From contig CAZAJB010000004.1 in the NCBI GenBank assembly GCA_964485345.1, positions 9,758 through 73,757 of the forward strand: DNA of 64,000 bases, given 5' to 3'. Positions 53,365 through 64,000 of this stretch are shown here, one piece after another. How positions within the stretch are numbered: the first letter of the stretch is position 1; each line of letters begins with the position of its first letter. Origin of the DNA: an uncultured Clostridiaceae bacterium. Lineage in GTDB: Bacteria > Bacillota > Limnochordia > Darwinibacteriales > Darwinibacteriaceae. A model generated the notes under the pieces. The model was not told the DNA's origin, ran no database searches, and saw nothing but the letters and a program-made list of their open reading frames with translations. Position numbers and translations under genes: made by a program.

Positions 53365-54756
53365 CTACTTGCCGATGCAAAACTGGGCAAAAATGCGATC
53401 GAGTACGTTCTCTCGCACAGTCTCGCCGGTGATTTCTCCTAAGTGCTCCAAGGCGGAATACAAGTCAACTGCGATCAAATCTAGGGGAAGACCCTGCTTT
53501 AGTGTGTTCGACGATTCTTCTAAAGCAAGCTGAGCTTCTTGCAGAGCCTGTTTATGTCGAGTGCGGGTAATCAGGGCCCGGGAACCAGCAAAACTTGTGA
53601 TTTGTCCGCTGCCCACAAGATCTAAGATAACGTCTGTTAGGCGCTGGATCACTTCTGGTTTGCCTTTGAGCAGCGACATCTCAAGACAGGGTGCCCCTGC
53701 CAAATCGCCAAGGGCCTCCACATCCCACAGGGGTGGTAAGTCCACCTTGTTGATTAGCACAATACGCCGGCTCTTTTCTGTGCGCCGCAGCACGGTAAAA
53801 TCATCCTCTGTGAGAGCTTCGCTCCGATCAAAAACATGCAGAACCAAGTCTGCCTCCTCTAAGAGATCAAGACTACGGGTAACGCCCAGGCGCTCTACCA
53901 AATCTCCGCTCTCCCTAATCCCCGCGGTATCAATCAGACGGAGAGGTACGCCCCGCAAGTTGACTACTTCCTCAATACTGTCTCTGGTGGTCCCAGGGAT
54001 GTCCGTGACCAAGGCGCGGTTTTCATCTAGCAAGGTGTTTAAGAGGCTCGATTTTCCCACATTCGGTTTGCCGGTAATCACTGTCTTGAGACCTTCCCGC
54101 AGGATTTTTCCGTCATCGGCTGTGCTCAGCAGCTCGGCGATTTCTGCTACGCTGATCCGCAGCGCATCTTCCATGGCCGCGAGTTCGATCTCTGGCAGTT
54201 CATCTTCGGGAAAATCAATGCTTGCCTCCACCTGTACGGCAATCTGGTAGAGACGCTCCTGCAGTTCCTTCATCCTCCGGCTTAAGCTGCCTTCAAGTTG
54301 GTCCACAGCTACCTCCAAACCAAGACGGGTTGGGGAGCGCACAATATCAATGACCGCCTCTGCCTGGCTCAAATCTAGCCGTCCATTGAGGAAGGCACGT
54401 TTGGTGAACTCACCTGGCTCCGCCAGTCTGGCGCCTTGCTTTAAGCAGAGAGCTAAGACCTCCTGGACCACAACAACACCGCCATGGCACTGTAGTTCGA
54501 CCACGTCTTCTGCGGTATAGGAATGGGGAGCGCGCATCACTACGGCTAAAGCTTCATCCACCGTTCGTCCCGTCTGGGGATCCACTACGTGACCATAGCG
54601 TAGCTTGTAGTTTTCCACGTCGACCCATCCCTGGCCATGCTTGCTCCGAAAGATGGCATCGCTCATGGCGATAGAATCGGGACCACTTAGGCGAACAATG
54701 CCTATACCCCCTTCTCCTAGGGGGGTGGCCACCGCCGCAATGGTTAAATATGTCAT
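53365..54756 (-). CDS. mnmE: tRNA modification GTPase MnmE/TrmE
   Basis: [21 protein letters not shown]1 [18 protein letters not shown], and the C-terminal FCIGK. I moved the start to ATG 54756, which has SD GAGGTG. Confidence 0.95.
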   Translation of the reverse strand: MTYLTIAAVATPLGEGGIGIVRLSGPDSIAMSDAIFRSKHGQGWVDVENYKLRYGHVVDPQTGRTVDEALAVVMRAPHSYTAEDVVELQCHGGVVVVQEVLALCLKQGARLAEPGEFTKRAFLNGRLDLSQAEAVIDIVRSPTRLGLEVAVDQLEGSLSRRMKELQERLYQIAVQVEASIDFPEDELPEIELAAMEDALRISVAEIAELLSTADDGKILREGLKTVITGKPNVGKSSLLNTLLDENRALVTDIPGTTRDSIEEVVNLRGVPLRLIDTAGIRESGDLVERLGVTRSLDLLEEADLVLHVFDRSEALTEDDFTVLRRTEKSRRIVLINKVDLPPLWDVEALGDLAGAPCLEMSLLKGKPEVIQRLTDVILDLVGSGQITSFAGSRALITRTRHKQALQEAQLALEESSNTLKQGLPLDLIAVDLYSALEHLGEITGETVRENVLDRIFAQFCIGK

Positions 54757-54857
54757 AGCTAACACCTCAGCTTACATTGTACCACGAAACAAAAAAGGGC
54801 GTGCACAATGAACTCTGTTTCGTTCATCTGCAACACCCCAAGTGCTTAAATCGCAGT

Positions 54858-55490
54858 CTACTCTGGCAAGATAATCACACGGCGATACGGGTCTTGACCT
54901 TCACTCTGGGTTACGACGCCGCTAAACTCCTGCAATTCCTGATGGACAATACGCCGTTCGGCAGCGTTCATCGGATCTAAAGCCACTCTACGACCAGAAG
55001 ACTCCGCTTTCACAGCCGCCCTTTGGGCTAAGGAACGCAAGGTTTCTTCGCGTTTGGCGCGATAATCACCAATATCGAGATTAATCCTCATCCAATCGCC
55101 GCCCTCACGATTCACAGCAAGGCTTGTAATGTATTGTAGGCTATCAAGGGTTTGCCCTCTGCGCCCAATTAGGATGCCCAAATCGTCGCCTTCAATACGC
55201 AGGTTGATGCTCTCCTCGTCAGCTTCGCCTGTCACCTTCGGATCAAGATCCATGTGGCCAAAAAGCTCATGGATAAACTGCAAAGCTTTCTCGAGCTTAA
55301 CCTCGTATTCGGGTATCTTCTTATCAAGGCGCACCTTGGCTTGTCTCGAACCCAAGATCCCCAAGAAGCCTTTATTACCTTCTTCTAAGATTGTAACCTC
55401 AACATCAGCGCGCTCCACTTGCATCTCTCGAAGCGCTTCGGCGATGGCTTCGTCCACCGTCCGAGCAACCACTTCAATCGACTTCATCAT
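54858..55490 (-). CDS. jag: RNA-binding protein Jag/KhpB (Jag_N + KH + R3H)
   Basis: TVDEAIAEALREM..., KH GxxG (GRRGQTL), and an R3H-like ...ERRIVHQEL... Confidence 0.85.
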   Translation of the reverse strand: MMKSIEVVARTVDEAIAEALREMQVERADVEVTILEEGNKGFLGILGSRQAKVRLDKKIPEYEVKLEKALQFIHELFGHMDLDPKVTGEADEESINLRIEGDDLGILIGRRGQTLDSLQYITSLAVNREGGDWMRINLDIGDYRAKREETLRSLAQRAAVKAESSGRRVALDPMNAAERRIVHQELQEFSGVVTQSEGQDPYRRVIILPE

Positions 55491-55499
55491 TAAACCCCC

Positions 55500-56114
55500 T
55501 TATGTCACGGGATACAACTTATTGATCCACATCTGTTGCACAATGGAGAATATATTGCCGACAATCCAGTACAAGACCAAGCCCGAGGGTAGACTCAAGC
55601 TGAAAAATCCAATCATCAATGGCATCACAATCAACATCGATTTTTGCGACGCGTCACCAGTCATGGACAGCTTACTTTGCAGGAAAGTGGTAGCTGCAGC
55701 TAAGATAGGGAAGATATAGTATGGATCAGCTTCACTGAGTGTCCAGATTCCTAAGAAAATGGCTGTTTCATCTACTGGAATATTCTGCAGAACACGGAAA
55801 AACGCCCACAAAATGGGTAGCTGCACAAGCATGGGCAAACATCCACCTAAGGGGTTAATCTTATGCTTTTGATAAAGCTCCGCGGTTAGCTTCTGCTGTT
55901 CTTCCTTGTTATTGGCATACTTCTTTTGAATCTCCTGTAATTCAGGCTGAATCTTCCGCATGGCAACCATGCTCTTATTCTGGCTCAACGTGAGGGGAAA
56001 CAAGAGTAAGCGCACAAAAATGGTCGTAAGAATAATACCGAGCCCGTAACTGTGAGTTACCGAAACAATTTGTTCAAGCACCGAGCCAAGTGCCCCGGCA
56101 ATAAAATCCATCAA
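55500..56114 (-). CDS. yidC: Membrane protein insertase YidC/SpoIIIJ (short form)
   Basis: GLGIILTTIFVRLLLFPL...MRKIQPELQEIQKKY...GGCLPMLVQLPI... Confidence 0.9.
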   Translation of the reverse strand: MMDFIAGALGSVLEQIVSVTHSYGLGIILTTIFVRLLLFPLTLSQNKSMVAMRKIQPELQEIQKKYANNKEEQQKLTAELYQKHKINPLGGCLPMLVQLPILWAFFRVLQNIPVDETAIFLGIWTLSEADPYYIFPILAAATTFLQSKLSMTGDASQKSMLIVMPLMIGFFSLSLPSGLVLYWIVGNIFSIVQQMWINKLYPVT

Positions 56115-56133
56115 GGTAAAGTCCTCCTATCGA

Positions 56134-56340
56134 CTACGGAACGGGATCGAAACCTCCCGGATGCCAAGGATGGCATCTGCCAATTCTCTTCATGGCCAAC
56201 CACAGGCCCTTCCATCCATGCTTCGTGATGGCTCGGATTGCATATTCGGAACAAGTGGGGTAAAACCGGCAACTTCGAGGCAACAGCGGGGAAACAAACC
56301 TTTGATACCCCCTAATGAAAAAGAGCGCCACCTTAAGCAT
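56134..56340 (-). CDS. yidD: Membrane protein insertion efficiency factor YidD
   Basis: [23 protein letters not shown]...[29 protein letters not shown] chose ATG 56340 as the start; it overlaps the rnpA stop. Confidence 0.85.
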   Translation of the reverse strand: MLKVALFFIRGYQRFVSPLLPRSCRFYPTCSEYAIRAITKHGWKGLWLAMKRIGRCHPWHPGGFDPVP

Positions 56341-56701
56341 GCTCTTCACCAACCCTGGTGGATCCACTCCGGCGAGCGGCCAATAGACCAGAGTACTTTA
56401 ACACCCGGCATAAATCTGCTTCTAAATCTTGAAAACTAGCAGTGCTTGACTTTTGCTTCGCTCCTACGATCACATCAAAGCCAGGAGTAATACGTCCAGC
56501 CTGGCCTTGCATAATGGCCCTGAGCCTTCGCTTGATTGTATTGCGTTTTACCGCGTTTCCAACCTTTTTGCCTACAGCAAAACCTACCCGCGAGACCTGT
56601 CTATCCATGGGTAGGACAGAAACTACCACAAATTTACCAAACTTTGGTTTCCCCTGGGTGTAGACTGTGCTAAAGTCCCTGGGGCTTTTCAAACGCTCCA
56701 C
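56333..56701 (-). CDS. rnpA: Ribonuclease P protein component
   Basis: [16 protein letters not shown]...[22 protein letters not shown] prefer GTG 56701 as the start (SD GGGAGG); the track ATG at 56752 is also possible. Confidence 0.85.
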   Translation of the reverse strand: MERLKSPRDFSTVYTQGKPKFGKFVVVSVLPMDRQVSRVGFAVGKKVGNAVKRNTIKRRLRAIMQGQAGRITPGFDVIVGAKQKSSTASFQDLEADLCRVLKYSGLLAARRSGSTRVGEEHA

Positions 56702-56757
56702 GTTAAAACCTCCCGAGCGTCTAGGCACCTTGTTCTTTCGACAAGGTCTCAAGAAAC

Positions 56758-56892
56758 TTATGCAGAAATAACAATACGGCCCCTGGTCCGTCTACGAGCC
56801 AAAACCCGGCGACCAGCGGCAGTCTTCATCCTTGCGCGAAAGCCATGGATGCGTTTTCTTCTACGATTCTTAGGCTGATATGTCCTTTTCAC
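56758..56892 (-). CDS. rpmH: 50S ribosomal protein L34
   Basis: Not in the ORF track (44 aa). Hand translation gives (V)[43 protein letters not shown], with SD AAGGGGGAA. Confidence 0.9.
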   Translation of the reverse strand: MKRTYQPKNRRRKRIHGFRARMKTAAGRRVLARRRTRGRIVISA

Positions 56893-56936
56893 AAGTCTTC
56901 CCCCTTTCACAACAAAAGCAAACGACAGTCAAAGCG

Positions 56937-56966
56937 ATTATATCGCACTTTACAAAACCATGTCAA
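56937..56966 (-). promoter_or_regulatory. rpmH promoter
   Basis: Minus strand: TTGACA (56966..56961), 18 nt, TATAAT (56942..56937). Confidence 0.45.
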
Positions 56967-57135
56967 TAGCAATCGATCGCTGCGAAGTAGCCGCACTCTA
57001 GGCTACCCTCCATAGACATACGCCCTCTCCTCATCCATTCCCCCTGTTCAAAATTGAACTTTCAGATGATTGTACTCATTATACTGCAAAGAAGCCTTCC
57101 ACTCCACCATCTTGGCCTACTACTAGTTCGCCACA

Positions 57136-57570
57136 AAATCCACAGGCCAGTATCCCCACCCCTGTGGATAACTGATCTAAACACTTGTTCTCGTTGCCAA
57201 TCCTCCCTTGGGGAGCCCCTATCTTATCCACACGATGTGGATAAACTGTGGGTAAACGCCTTTTTTTCTCTTGTGGAAAACTTTTGATCCTCTCATTTTA
57301 GCTGGGCGGATTTTTCTTTTGTCATTTTCTTTTTCCTGGCGATAAAGATCCTGTGATCAATCTGTGTATAACTTTGGGGAGAAATATTGCGGGTTTTATG
57401 CAAGGCAGGTGTGAACTGGGTTTCCACTATTTTGTGGATAAACTGTTGAATTTGTGGATAAACTGCCGTATGATTGATCAAGAACCGGTTTTTTTGACCC
57501 TTCCACTTGTGGATAACACAATTTGTACTTTGTGCCTTTCGCCACAAGAAAAGAAGGAACCTGTGGATAA
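57136..57570. promoter_or_regulatory. oriC: oriC left array: DnaA-box cluster between rpmH and dnaA
   Basis: Perfect TTATCCACA/TGTGGATAA boxes at 57163..57171, 57224..57232, 57236..57244, 57433..57441, 57453..57461, 57508..57516 and 57562..57570. One-mismatch boxes at 57247..57255, 57272..57280 and 57363..57371. Confidence 0.85.
57446..57474 (+). promoter_or_regulatory. Candidate dnaA promoter with a DnaA box in its spacer
   Basis: TTGAAT (57446..57451), 17 nt, TATGAT (57469..57474). The perfect box at 57453..57461 lies inside the spacer. Confidence 0.4.
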
Positions 57571-57612
57571 ATCAAGAATTGAAGTGTGAACAAGTTACCG
57601 GGAGGTTACCTT

Positions 57613-59019
57613 ATGGAACAACTGAACCAATTAATGTTGGTATGGGATGAAGTTCTGGAGAACATGTCCGCCGATCTACCAGAACGTTCTTTCGATGCCT
57701 GGCTAAAAAACAGCCACCCGGTATTGCTCGATGGCAACACGCTGCATGTCGAGTTTCCCAACGAATTTACGAAAGACTGGGTAGAAGCACGTTATATGAA
57801 TCCTCTGCAAAAAACCCTGCGGCAAGTGGCTAATCGAGACTGGGACATCAAGTTCACAATCCCCAAGGGCGTTAAATCACTTTCTACGCCAGGCGAGAGA
57901 GAGTATGAGAAGGAGCCCATGCCTAGGCAGAGGCAGACGATCCTAGAAGACCTACCTCTAGTAGAGCTACCAGCGCGGGATATAGCTCCAGTTTCTTCTA
58001 TCTTAAACCCCCGCTACACGTTTGAGTCTTTTGTTGTTGGTAACTCCAACCGTTTTGCCCATGCAGCCTCTCTGGCTGTAGCAGAAGGGCCGGCGAAGGC
58101 ATATAACCCCCTCTTTCTCTACGGCGGAGTGGGCCTAGGAAAGACTCACCTGATGCACGCTATTGGCCATTATGCCCTAGAACAAGATCCGACCATTTCT
58201 GTCGTCTACGTGACATCAGAAACCTTCACCAACGACCTGATCCTAGCCATCGGCAAGAAGTCCATGGTAGACTTCCGTAATCGCTACCGCAATGTTGACA
58301 TCCTCTTGGTTGACGATATCCAATTTGTGGCAGGCAAAGAGTCGACCCAAGAAGAGTTCTTCCACACCTTTAACACTTTATATGAAGCGAATCGCCAAAT
58401 TATAATCTCATCCGATCGTCCACCGAAGGATATTCCTACCTTAGAAGAACGCTTGCGCAGCCGGTTTGAATGGGGTCTCACTGCCGACATTCAGCCGCCA
58501 GATCTAGAAACACGGATCGCCATTTTACGTAAGAAAGCCATTGACGATAACCTCGTCATCTCCCATGAGGTGTTAAGCTACATCGCCACCCATGTTCAAT
58601 CAAATATTCGAGAACTCGAAGGTGCTCTCGTTAGAGTGACAGCACACTGCAATTTGCACAATGTCCCTTTGGAACTCGATATGGTGGCCAGCGCCCTCAA
58701 GGACATCCTAAAAGCTCCCCCCCAAAAGCCCGTAACAGTGGAAGGGATTATGGATGTGGTCTCTGATCACTATGCCATCAAAATATCGGATATGAAGTCC
58801 AAGCGCCGTACCCGTAATATCACCTACCCTAGGCAGATCGCTATGTACCTCATCCGTGAACTCACGGATCGTTCGCTGCCAGAAATTGGGGAAGCCTTTG
58901 GTGGAAGGGATCACACCACTGTCATTCACGCCGTCGATAAGATCGAAAGGGAGCTCAAACTTGATCCGTCGCTGCAAAACACGGTGAATGAACTTGAAAT
59001 CCTAATCAAACGAGGTTAG
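57613..59019 (+). CDS. dnaA: Chromosomal replication initiator protein DnaA
   Basis: AAA+ LFLYGGVGLGKTHLMHAIG, LLVDDIQF, and domain IV ...IGEAFGGRDHTTVIHA. I moved the start to ATG 57613, which has SD GGGAGG. Confidence 0.97.
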   Translation: MEQLNQLMLVWDEVLENMSADLPERSFDAWLKNSHPVLLDGNTLHVEFPNEFTKDWVEARYMNPLQKTLRQVANRDWDIKFTIPKGVKSLSTPGEREYEKEPMPRQRQTILEDLPLVELPARDIAPVSSILNPRYTFESFVVGNSNRFAHAASLAVAEGPAKAYNPLFLYGGVGLGKTHLMHAIGHYALEQDPTISVVYVTSETFTNDLILAIGKKSMVDFRNRYRNVDILLVDDIQFVAGKESTQEEFFHTFNTLYEANRQIIISSDRPPKDIPTLEERLRSRFEWGLTADIQPPDLETRIAILRKKAIDDNLVISHEVLSYIATHVQSNIRELEGALVRVTAHCNLHNVPLELDMVASALKDILKAPPQKPVTVEGIMDVVSDHYAIKISDMKSKRRTRNITYPRQIAMYLIRELTDRSLPEIGEAFGGRDHTTVIHAVDKIERELKLDPSLQNTVNELEILIKRG

Positions 59020-59027
59020 GGATATCC

Positions 59028-59250
59028 TGTGGAAAACCTTCAGGATAAGTTTTTCGCTCTTTTTGGCGCTGTTGATAGTGTGGAGAACCTTGTGCAAAGA
59101 TCAACAGCTTATGATCTTCGCTAAGGAGTACCCCGTCCAAACATTACCTGTTTTCCACTTATACACAGGCACTACTACTATTACTACTAAAAAAGATCTT
59201 AGTTAAAGTGTCACAAGTTGATAACGTCAATATTCCACAGGAGGTATAAT
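59028..59250. promoter_or_regulatory. oriC: oriC right array: DnaA boxes, DnaA-trios and an AT-rich unwinding region between dnaA and dnaN
   Basis: Boxes: TGTGGAaAA 59028..59036, TGTGGAgAA 59079..59087, TTtTCCACt 59151..59159, TTATaCACA 59159..59167. These are followed by GGCA, six CTA/TTA trinucleotides, and an A/T-rich stretch up to dnaN. Confidence 0.75.
59172..59189. repeat. DnaA-trio array (CTA CTA CTA TTA CTA CTA, i.e. 3'-GAT-5' on the complementary strand)
   Basis: Six in-phase trinucleotides start 4 bp after the last DnaA box and are followed by AAAAA. The layout matches that described for B. subtilis oriC. Confidence 0.65.
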
Positions 59251-59251
59251 T

Positions 59252-60340
59252 ATGCATTTTCTGATCAAAGGCTCTGAGTTGGTCGCCAGTGTGGCCATGG
59301 TAGAAAAAGCCATTTCAACAAACAGTCAAACCCCCGTTTTAGAAGGTTTGCATCTCTCAGTTGATGATCAAGACTTAACCATTACGGCCAACAATCTGCA
59401 AATGGCCATTCAGACACGGACAGCTTGTAATGTCTTCAAAATAGGGGAACATATTGTTAACGGACGATTGTTTTCCGAGTTAGTGCGTAAGCTTCCCGCG
59501 GAAGATGTAACCATGGAGTGGAACGATGGACGAATCCTAATCAGTTCAGGAACGATGGAGTTCTCCCTGAATACAATCACGGGTGAAGATTTTCCACCCT
59601 ATCCGAGCTGCACAGAACACGTGCTTGACCTCACCGATTACGAACTACTACGGCTGATTCGGTCTAGCTCCTTTGCAGCGTCGAATGATGATCATCAGCC
59701 CATATTTTCCGGGGTCTTAATGGAGCTTAAAGACAAGAAAATAAACTTTGTTGCCACAGACTCCAATCGTCTTGCTTTTGTACAAGCTGAGACTGGGACG
59801 AGTTACATCCCTGAAGGTTCCTTTGTCATTCCCAAGGTCAATCTAGTGGAACTAGGCCGTTGCCTACCCATGAATGAAACCTTAGTTGAAGTTTTTTCTG
59901 GGAGCAATCAACTCGCTTTCAGATTTGACAACACCATCTTTACCACTCGCTTGATTGATGGGCGGTTTCCCAATTACATGTCGGTCTTATATACTGAGCA
60001 GAAGACGACGTTTCGCATGAAGCGAACGCAGCTCATCCAGGCCGTAGAACGGGCCGCTATTGTGGGCCGTATTGACAGTGCACCGGTTTTGCTCCAAGTA
60101 ACTGATGGCGTCTTAGAAATAGAGACGACTTCAAAACTGGGTAAGTCCCAAGAACAATACAATGTACAACATGACGGCCCAAGTGAGCAAGCCGCGTATT
60201 CACCAAAGTTTATGTTAGATATGATCAAGACCATGGATGGCGCTGAGGTGGAATTTCGTTTTGAAGGCTCCAGGCAGGCTTTGATCAAAGCGGCGGACAA
60301 TGAGAATCATCTCTATATTCTCATGCCCATCAGAATTTGA
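59252..60340 (+). CDS. dnaN: DNA polymerase III beta sliding clamp
   Basis: 362 aa with three-domain clamp architecture. Motifs: ...PVLEGLHLSV...LTITANN... and ...ATDSNRLA... Confidence 0.95.
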   Translation: MHFLIKGSELVASVAMVEKAISTNSQTPVLEGLHLSVDDQDLTITANNLQMAIQTRTACNVFKIGEHIVNGRLFSELVRKLPAEDVTMEWNDGRILISSGTMEFSLNTITGEDFPPYPSCTEHVLDLTDYELLRLIRSSSFAASNDDHQPIFSGVLMELKDKKINFVATDSNRLAFVQAETGTSYIPEGSFVIPKVNLVELGRCLPMNETLVEVFSGSNQLAFRFDNTIFTTRLIDGRFPNYMSVLYTEQKTTFRMKRTQLIQAVERAAIVGRIDSAPVLLQVTDGVLEIETTSKLGKSQEQYNVQHDGPSEQAAYSPKFMLDMIKTMDGAEVEFRFEGSRQALIKAADNENHLYILMPIRI

Positions 60341-60358
60341 AAAAGAGGATTGATGCTC

Positions 60359-60577
60359 ATGAAAGAAGTTCAGATTAAAACCGATGTCATCCAACTTGAT
60401 CAATTTTTGAAATGGACCAATGTAGTGGCAAGTGGGGGCGAAGCGAAGATTCTCATCCAGAGCGGCCAGGTTTTCGTCAATGGCCAGGTTGAAACGAGGC
60501 GCTCGCATAAGTTAGTTCCAGGAACCATCGTTGAACTGACCAATGGAGAGAAGTTCTTGGTTAAGGCACAAAGTTAG
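60359..60577 (+). CDS. yaaA: S4-domain RNA-binding protein YaaA
   Basis: IQLDQFLKWTNVVASGGEAKILIQSGQVFVNGQVETRRSHKL. It lies between dnaN and recF. Confidence 0.8.
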   Translation: MKEVQIKTDVIQLDQFLKWTNVVASGGEAKILIQSGQVFVNGQVETRRSHKLVPGTIVELTNGEKFLVKAQS

Positions 60578-61702
60578 ATGCATATCAAGAACCTATCTCT
60601 TCACAGCTTTCGCAATTATGAGAATGCCAGCCTTGATTTAAGTCAGGGAATCAATCTTTTCGTGGGCGACAATGCCCAGGGAAAGACCAATCTGCTTGAA
60701 GCCATCTATGTTCTGTCTCTGAGCAAGTCATACCGAACTGTGCGTGAAACCGAACTGATTCAGCATGGTGCTCAAAAAGCCATGATCAAGGCAGAAGTAG
60801 CGAAAATGGCCTCCCTTGATCTGGCTGTAATCATCAGCGACGTTGAAAAGAAACGCCTTTTGGTGAATCATAAATCAACGACGGCTAATTCCTTTGTGGG
60901 TTGCCTTAATACTGTGTTATTCATCCCCGATAGCCTTCAATTGGTCAAAGGTTCCCCGGGAGATCGTCGCCGCTTCTTAGATGTGCAGATCTGCCAAATT
61001 GACCCCGTTTATCGCAGTAATTTGCTAAAATACCAAAGAGTAGTACGCCAACGTAATAGCCTCCTGAAGGAGGCCTGGGATCATCGCGCCCAAGTCAACC
61101 AGCTTCCCTCCTGGGATCATCAACTGGCCGCGCTTGGAGCTAAGATCATGCTGCGGAGGCAGGACGTGGTGAAAACACTACAGCACCATAGCCAAGTTGC
61201 CCATGAGACGATTAGCCATGAACGAGAGGAGCTTTGCCTGATCTACCAACCTTTCTTTGAAACGGAAGAATGTGCAGCCACCTCTCCGCCGTATACAAGC
61301 GAGGAGCTAGAGGTTATCCTGGCCCGAAAAATCACAGAACGTAGGGGCGAGGAGATTCGTCGCGGCTATACCCTTGTTGGCCCTCAGAGGGATGATTTGA
61401 TTTTTCGCATTAACAACACAGATCTGAAAAAGTATGGCAGTCAGGGCCAGCAAAGAACTGCCGTCCTTTCCTATATTTTGGCTGAACTGGAATTAATGTG
61501 CCAGGAAACAGGAGACTATCCAGTGGTTCTTCTTGATGATGTCACAAGTGAGCTCGACGCCAAGCGCCAGATGCTCCTTTTATCCATCTTAAATGAGAAG
61601 GCCCAGACCATAGTGACGACAACGAATCTCGACAGTTTTTCGGCTGAAGTAAAGGGACGGGCAAGAGTCTTTACCATAGAGCAAGGGCGAATTATGCCTT
61701 AG
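60578..61702 (+). CDS. recF: DNA replication and repair protein RecF
   Basis: Walker A GDNAQGKTNLLEA, signature GSQGQQRT, Walker B VLLDDVTSELD. Confidence 0.95.
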   Translation: MHIKNLSLHSFRNYENASLDLSQGINLFVGDNAQGKTNLLEAIYVLSLSKSYRTVRETELIQHGAQKAMIKAEVAKMASLDLAVIISDVEKKRLLVNHKSTTANSFVGCLNTVLFIPDSLQLVKGSPGDRRRFLDVQICQIDPVYRSNLLKYQRVVRQRNSLLKEAWDHRAQVNQLPSWDHQLAALGAKIMLRRQDVVKTLQHHSQVAHETISHEREELCLIYQPFFETEECAATSPPYTSEELEVILARKITERRGEEIRRGYTLVGPQRDDLIFRINNTDLKKYGSQGQQRTAVLSYILAELELMCQETGDYPVVLLDDVTSELDAKRQMLLLSILNEKAQTIVTTTNLDSFSAEVKGRARVFTIEQGRIMP

Positions 61703-61731
61703 GCATGGGTCGCTGACGAAGGGGTGATTTC

Positions 61732-62007
61732 TTGTTTCTGCACATGGGCAATGATGTGGTGGTACCATTACGTGAAGTGATTGGTGTTATCGATTTGAAA
61801 GAGGGACCCTCACCGCTGAATCGTGAATTTCTAACTACTGCGGAGGAAGAGGGTTTTGTGGTACAATTAAGTGATAACCCTGTTTCTGTTGTGATTTGTG
61901 CAAAGCAGATCTACCTTTCGCCCATTTCTACTAAGACGCTTTATCGAAGGGCCAGTAGTGGTGATTGCGCAACAATCAACAAAGTAACATTTGGAACCAG
62001 AGATTGA
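61732..62007 (+). CDS. remB: DUF370 protein (YaaB/RemB-like)
   Basis: MFLHMGNDVVVPLREVIGVIDLK... aligns with the YaaB N-terminus. It lies between recF and gyrB. TTG start. Confidence 0.7.
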   Translation: MFLHMGNDVVVPLREVIGVIDLKEGPSPLNREFLTTAEEEGFVVQLSDNPVSVVICAKQIYLSPISTKTLYRRASSGDCATINKVTFGTRD

Positions 62008-62022
62008 GTTAAGGAGAGTTGA

Positions 62023-63945
<1,923 letters not shown>

Positions 63946-63962
63946 TCGAGGGGTGAATCGAG

Positions 63963-64000
63963 TTGAGTATAAATCTGCATAATGGAAAGACGCTCCCCAT
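63963..64000 (+). CDS. gyrA: DNA gyrase subunit A, first ~12 codons (runs off the right edge)
   Basis: TTG at 63963 behind SD GAGGGGTGA. Position after gyrB fits gyrA, but the fragment is too short to confirm by sequence. Confidence 0.4.
   Translation, partial: MSINLHNGKTLP

Noticed and set aside
53561-54250. 229-aa + strand ORF antisense to mnmE, and similar long antisense ORFs at 55129..55719 (+), 4720..5271 (-), 19906..20478 (+) and 4141..4530 (-).
   Set aside because: All lie entirely inside well-supported genes on the other strand. Their products are Ser/Arg/Pro-rich low-complexity sequence, typical of the reverse frame of Glu/Leu/Asp-rich genes. They have no SD and no recognisable domains.
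54766-54857. A DnaA-box cluster in the jag-mnmE spacer, by analogy with the B. subtilis jag-thdF cluster.
   Set aside because: I found no 9-mer with 1 mismatch or fewer to TTATCCACA. The closest, TTGTGCACG, has three mismatches. The spacer only shows hairpins consistent with a jag terminator.

Overview
This window is the replication-origin neighbourhood of an endospore-forming Firmicute with Clostridia-like gene order and roughly 50% GC by eye. dnaA (57613..59019) is flanked by two DnaA-box arrays that together look like a bipartite oriC. Everything to its right is on the + strand (dnaN-yaaA-recF-remB-gyrB-gyrA'). Almost everything to its left is on the - strand, so genes are co-directional with replication. 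Leftwards from oriC the genes are: rpmH-rnpA-yidD-yidC-jag-mnmE-mnmG-rsmG-noc-soj-spo0J; yyaC and a yyaD-like gene; gcvT-H-PA-PB; ychF; rpsF-ssb-rpsR; yybS-rplI-lonC; mgtE; galTK; ddl; an ABC-F ATPase; a dnaD-like gene plus the replicative helicase; rsmA; veg; coat/cortex genes; ispE-purR; glmU-prs-ctc-pth-mfd; spoVT-spoVB; hup; spoIID-yabP-yabQ-divIC-yabR; and DUF501-ppx. I call about 75 protein genes. Three of them were not in the ORF track and were found by hand translation: rpmH, a DUF951 gene, and the ppx fragment at the left edge. I recognised no rRNA, tRNA, CRISPR array, transposase or integrase. This is core, highly syntenic DNA, and I did not find a convincing new multi-gene system. 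The items most worth a second look are: (1) a ~44-bp two-hairpin repeat present twice (hup 3' UTR and the ctc/pth spacer), whose first arm is a parS with a 3-bp insertion; (2) an outlying five-box DnaA-box cluster about 11 kb from oriC; (3) a glmU that stops at 333 aa and lacks most of the acetyltransferase domain; (4) a DUF559 endonuclease-like gene sitting where spoVG normally is, immediately behind the purR terminator; (5) a strong-SD 25-codon uORF in front of galT that resembles the N-terminal extension of long-form GalT; (6) long leaders of mgtE and gcvT in which I cannot see the expected M-box or glycine riboswitches. All family calls come from reading the translated ORFs and from memory. 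Nothing was searched against a database.
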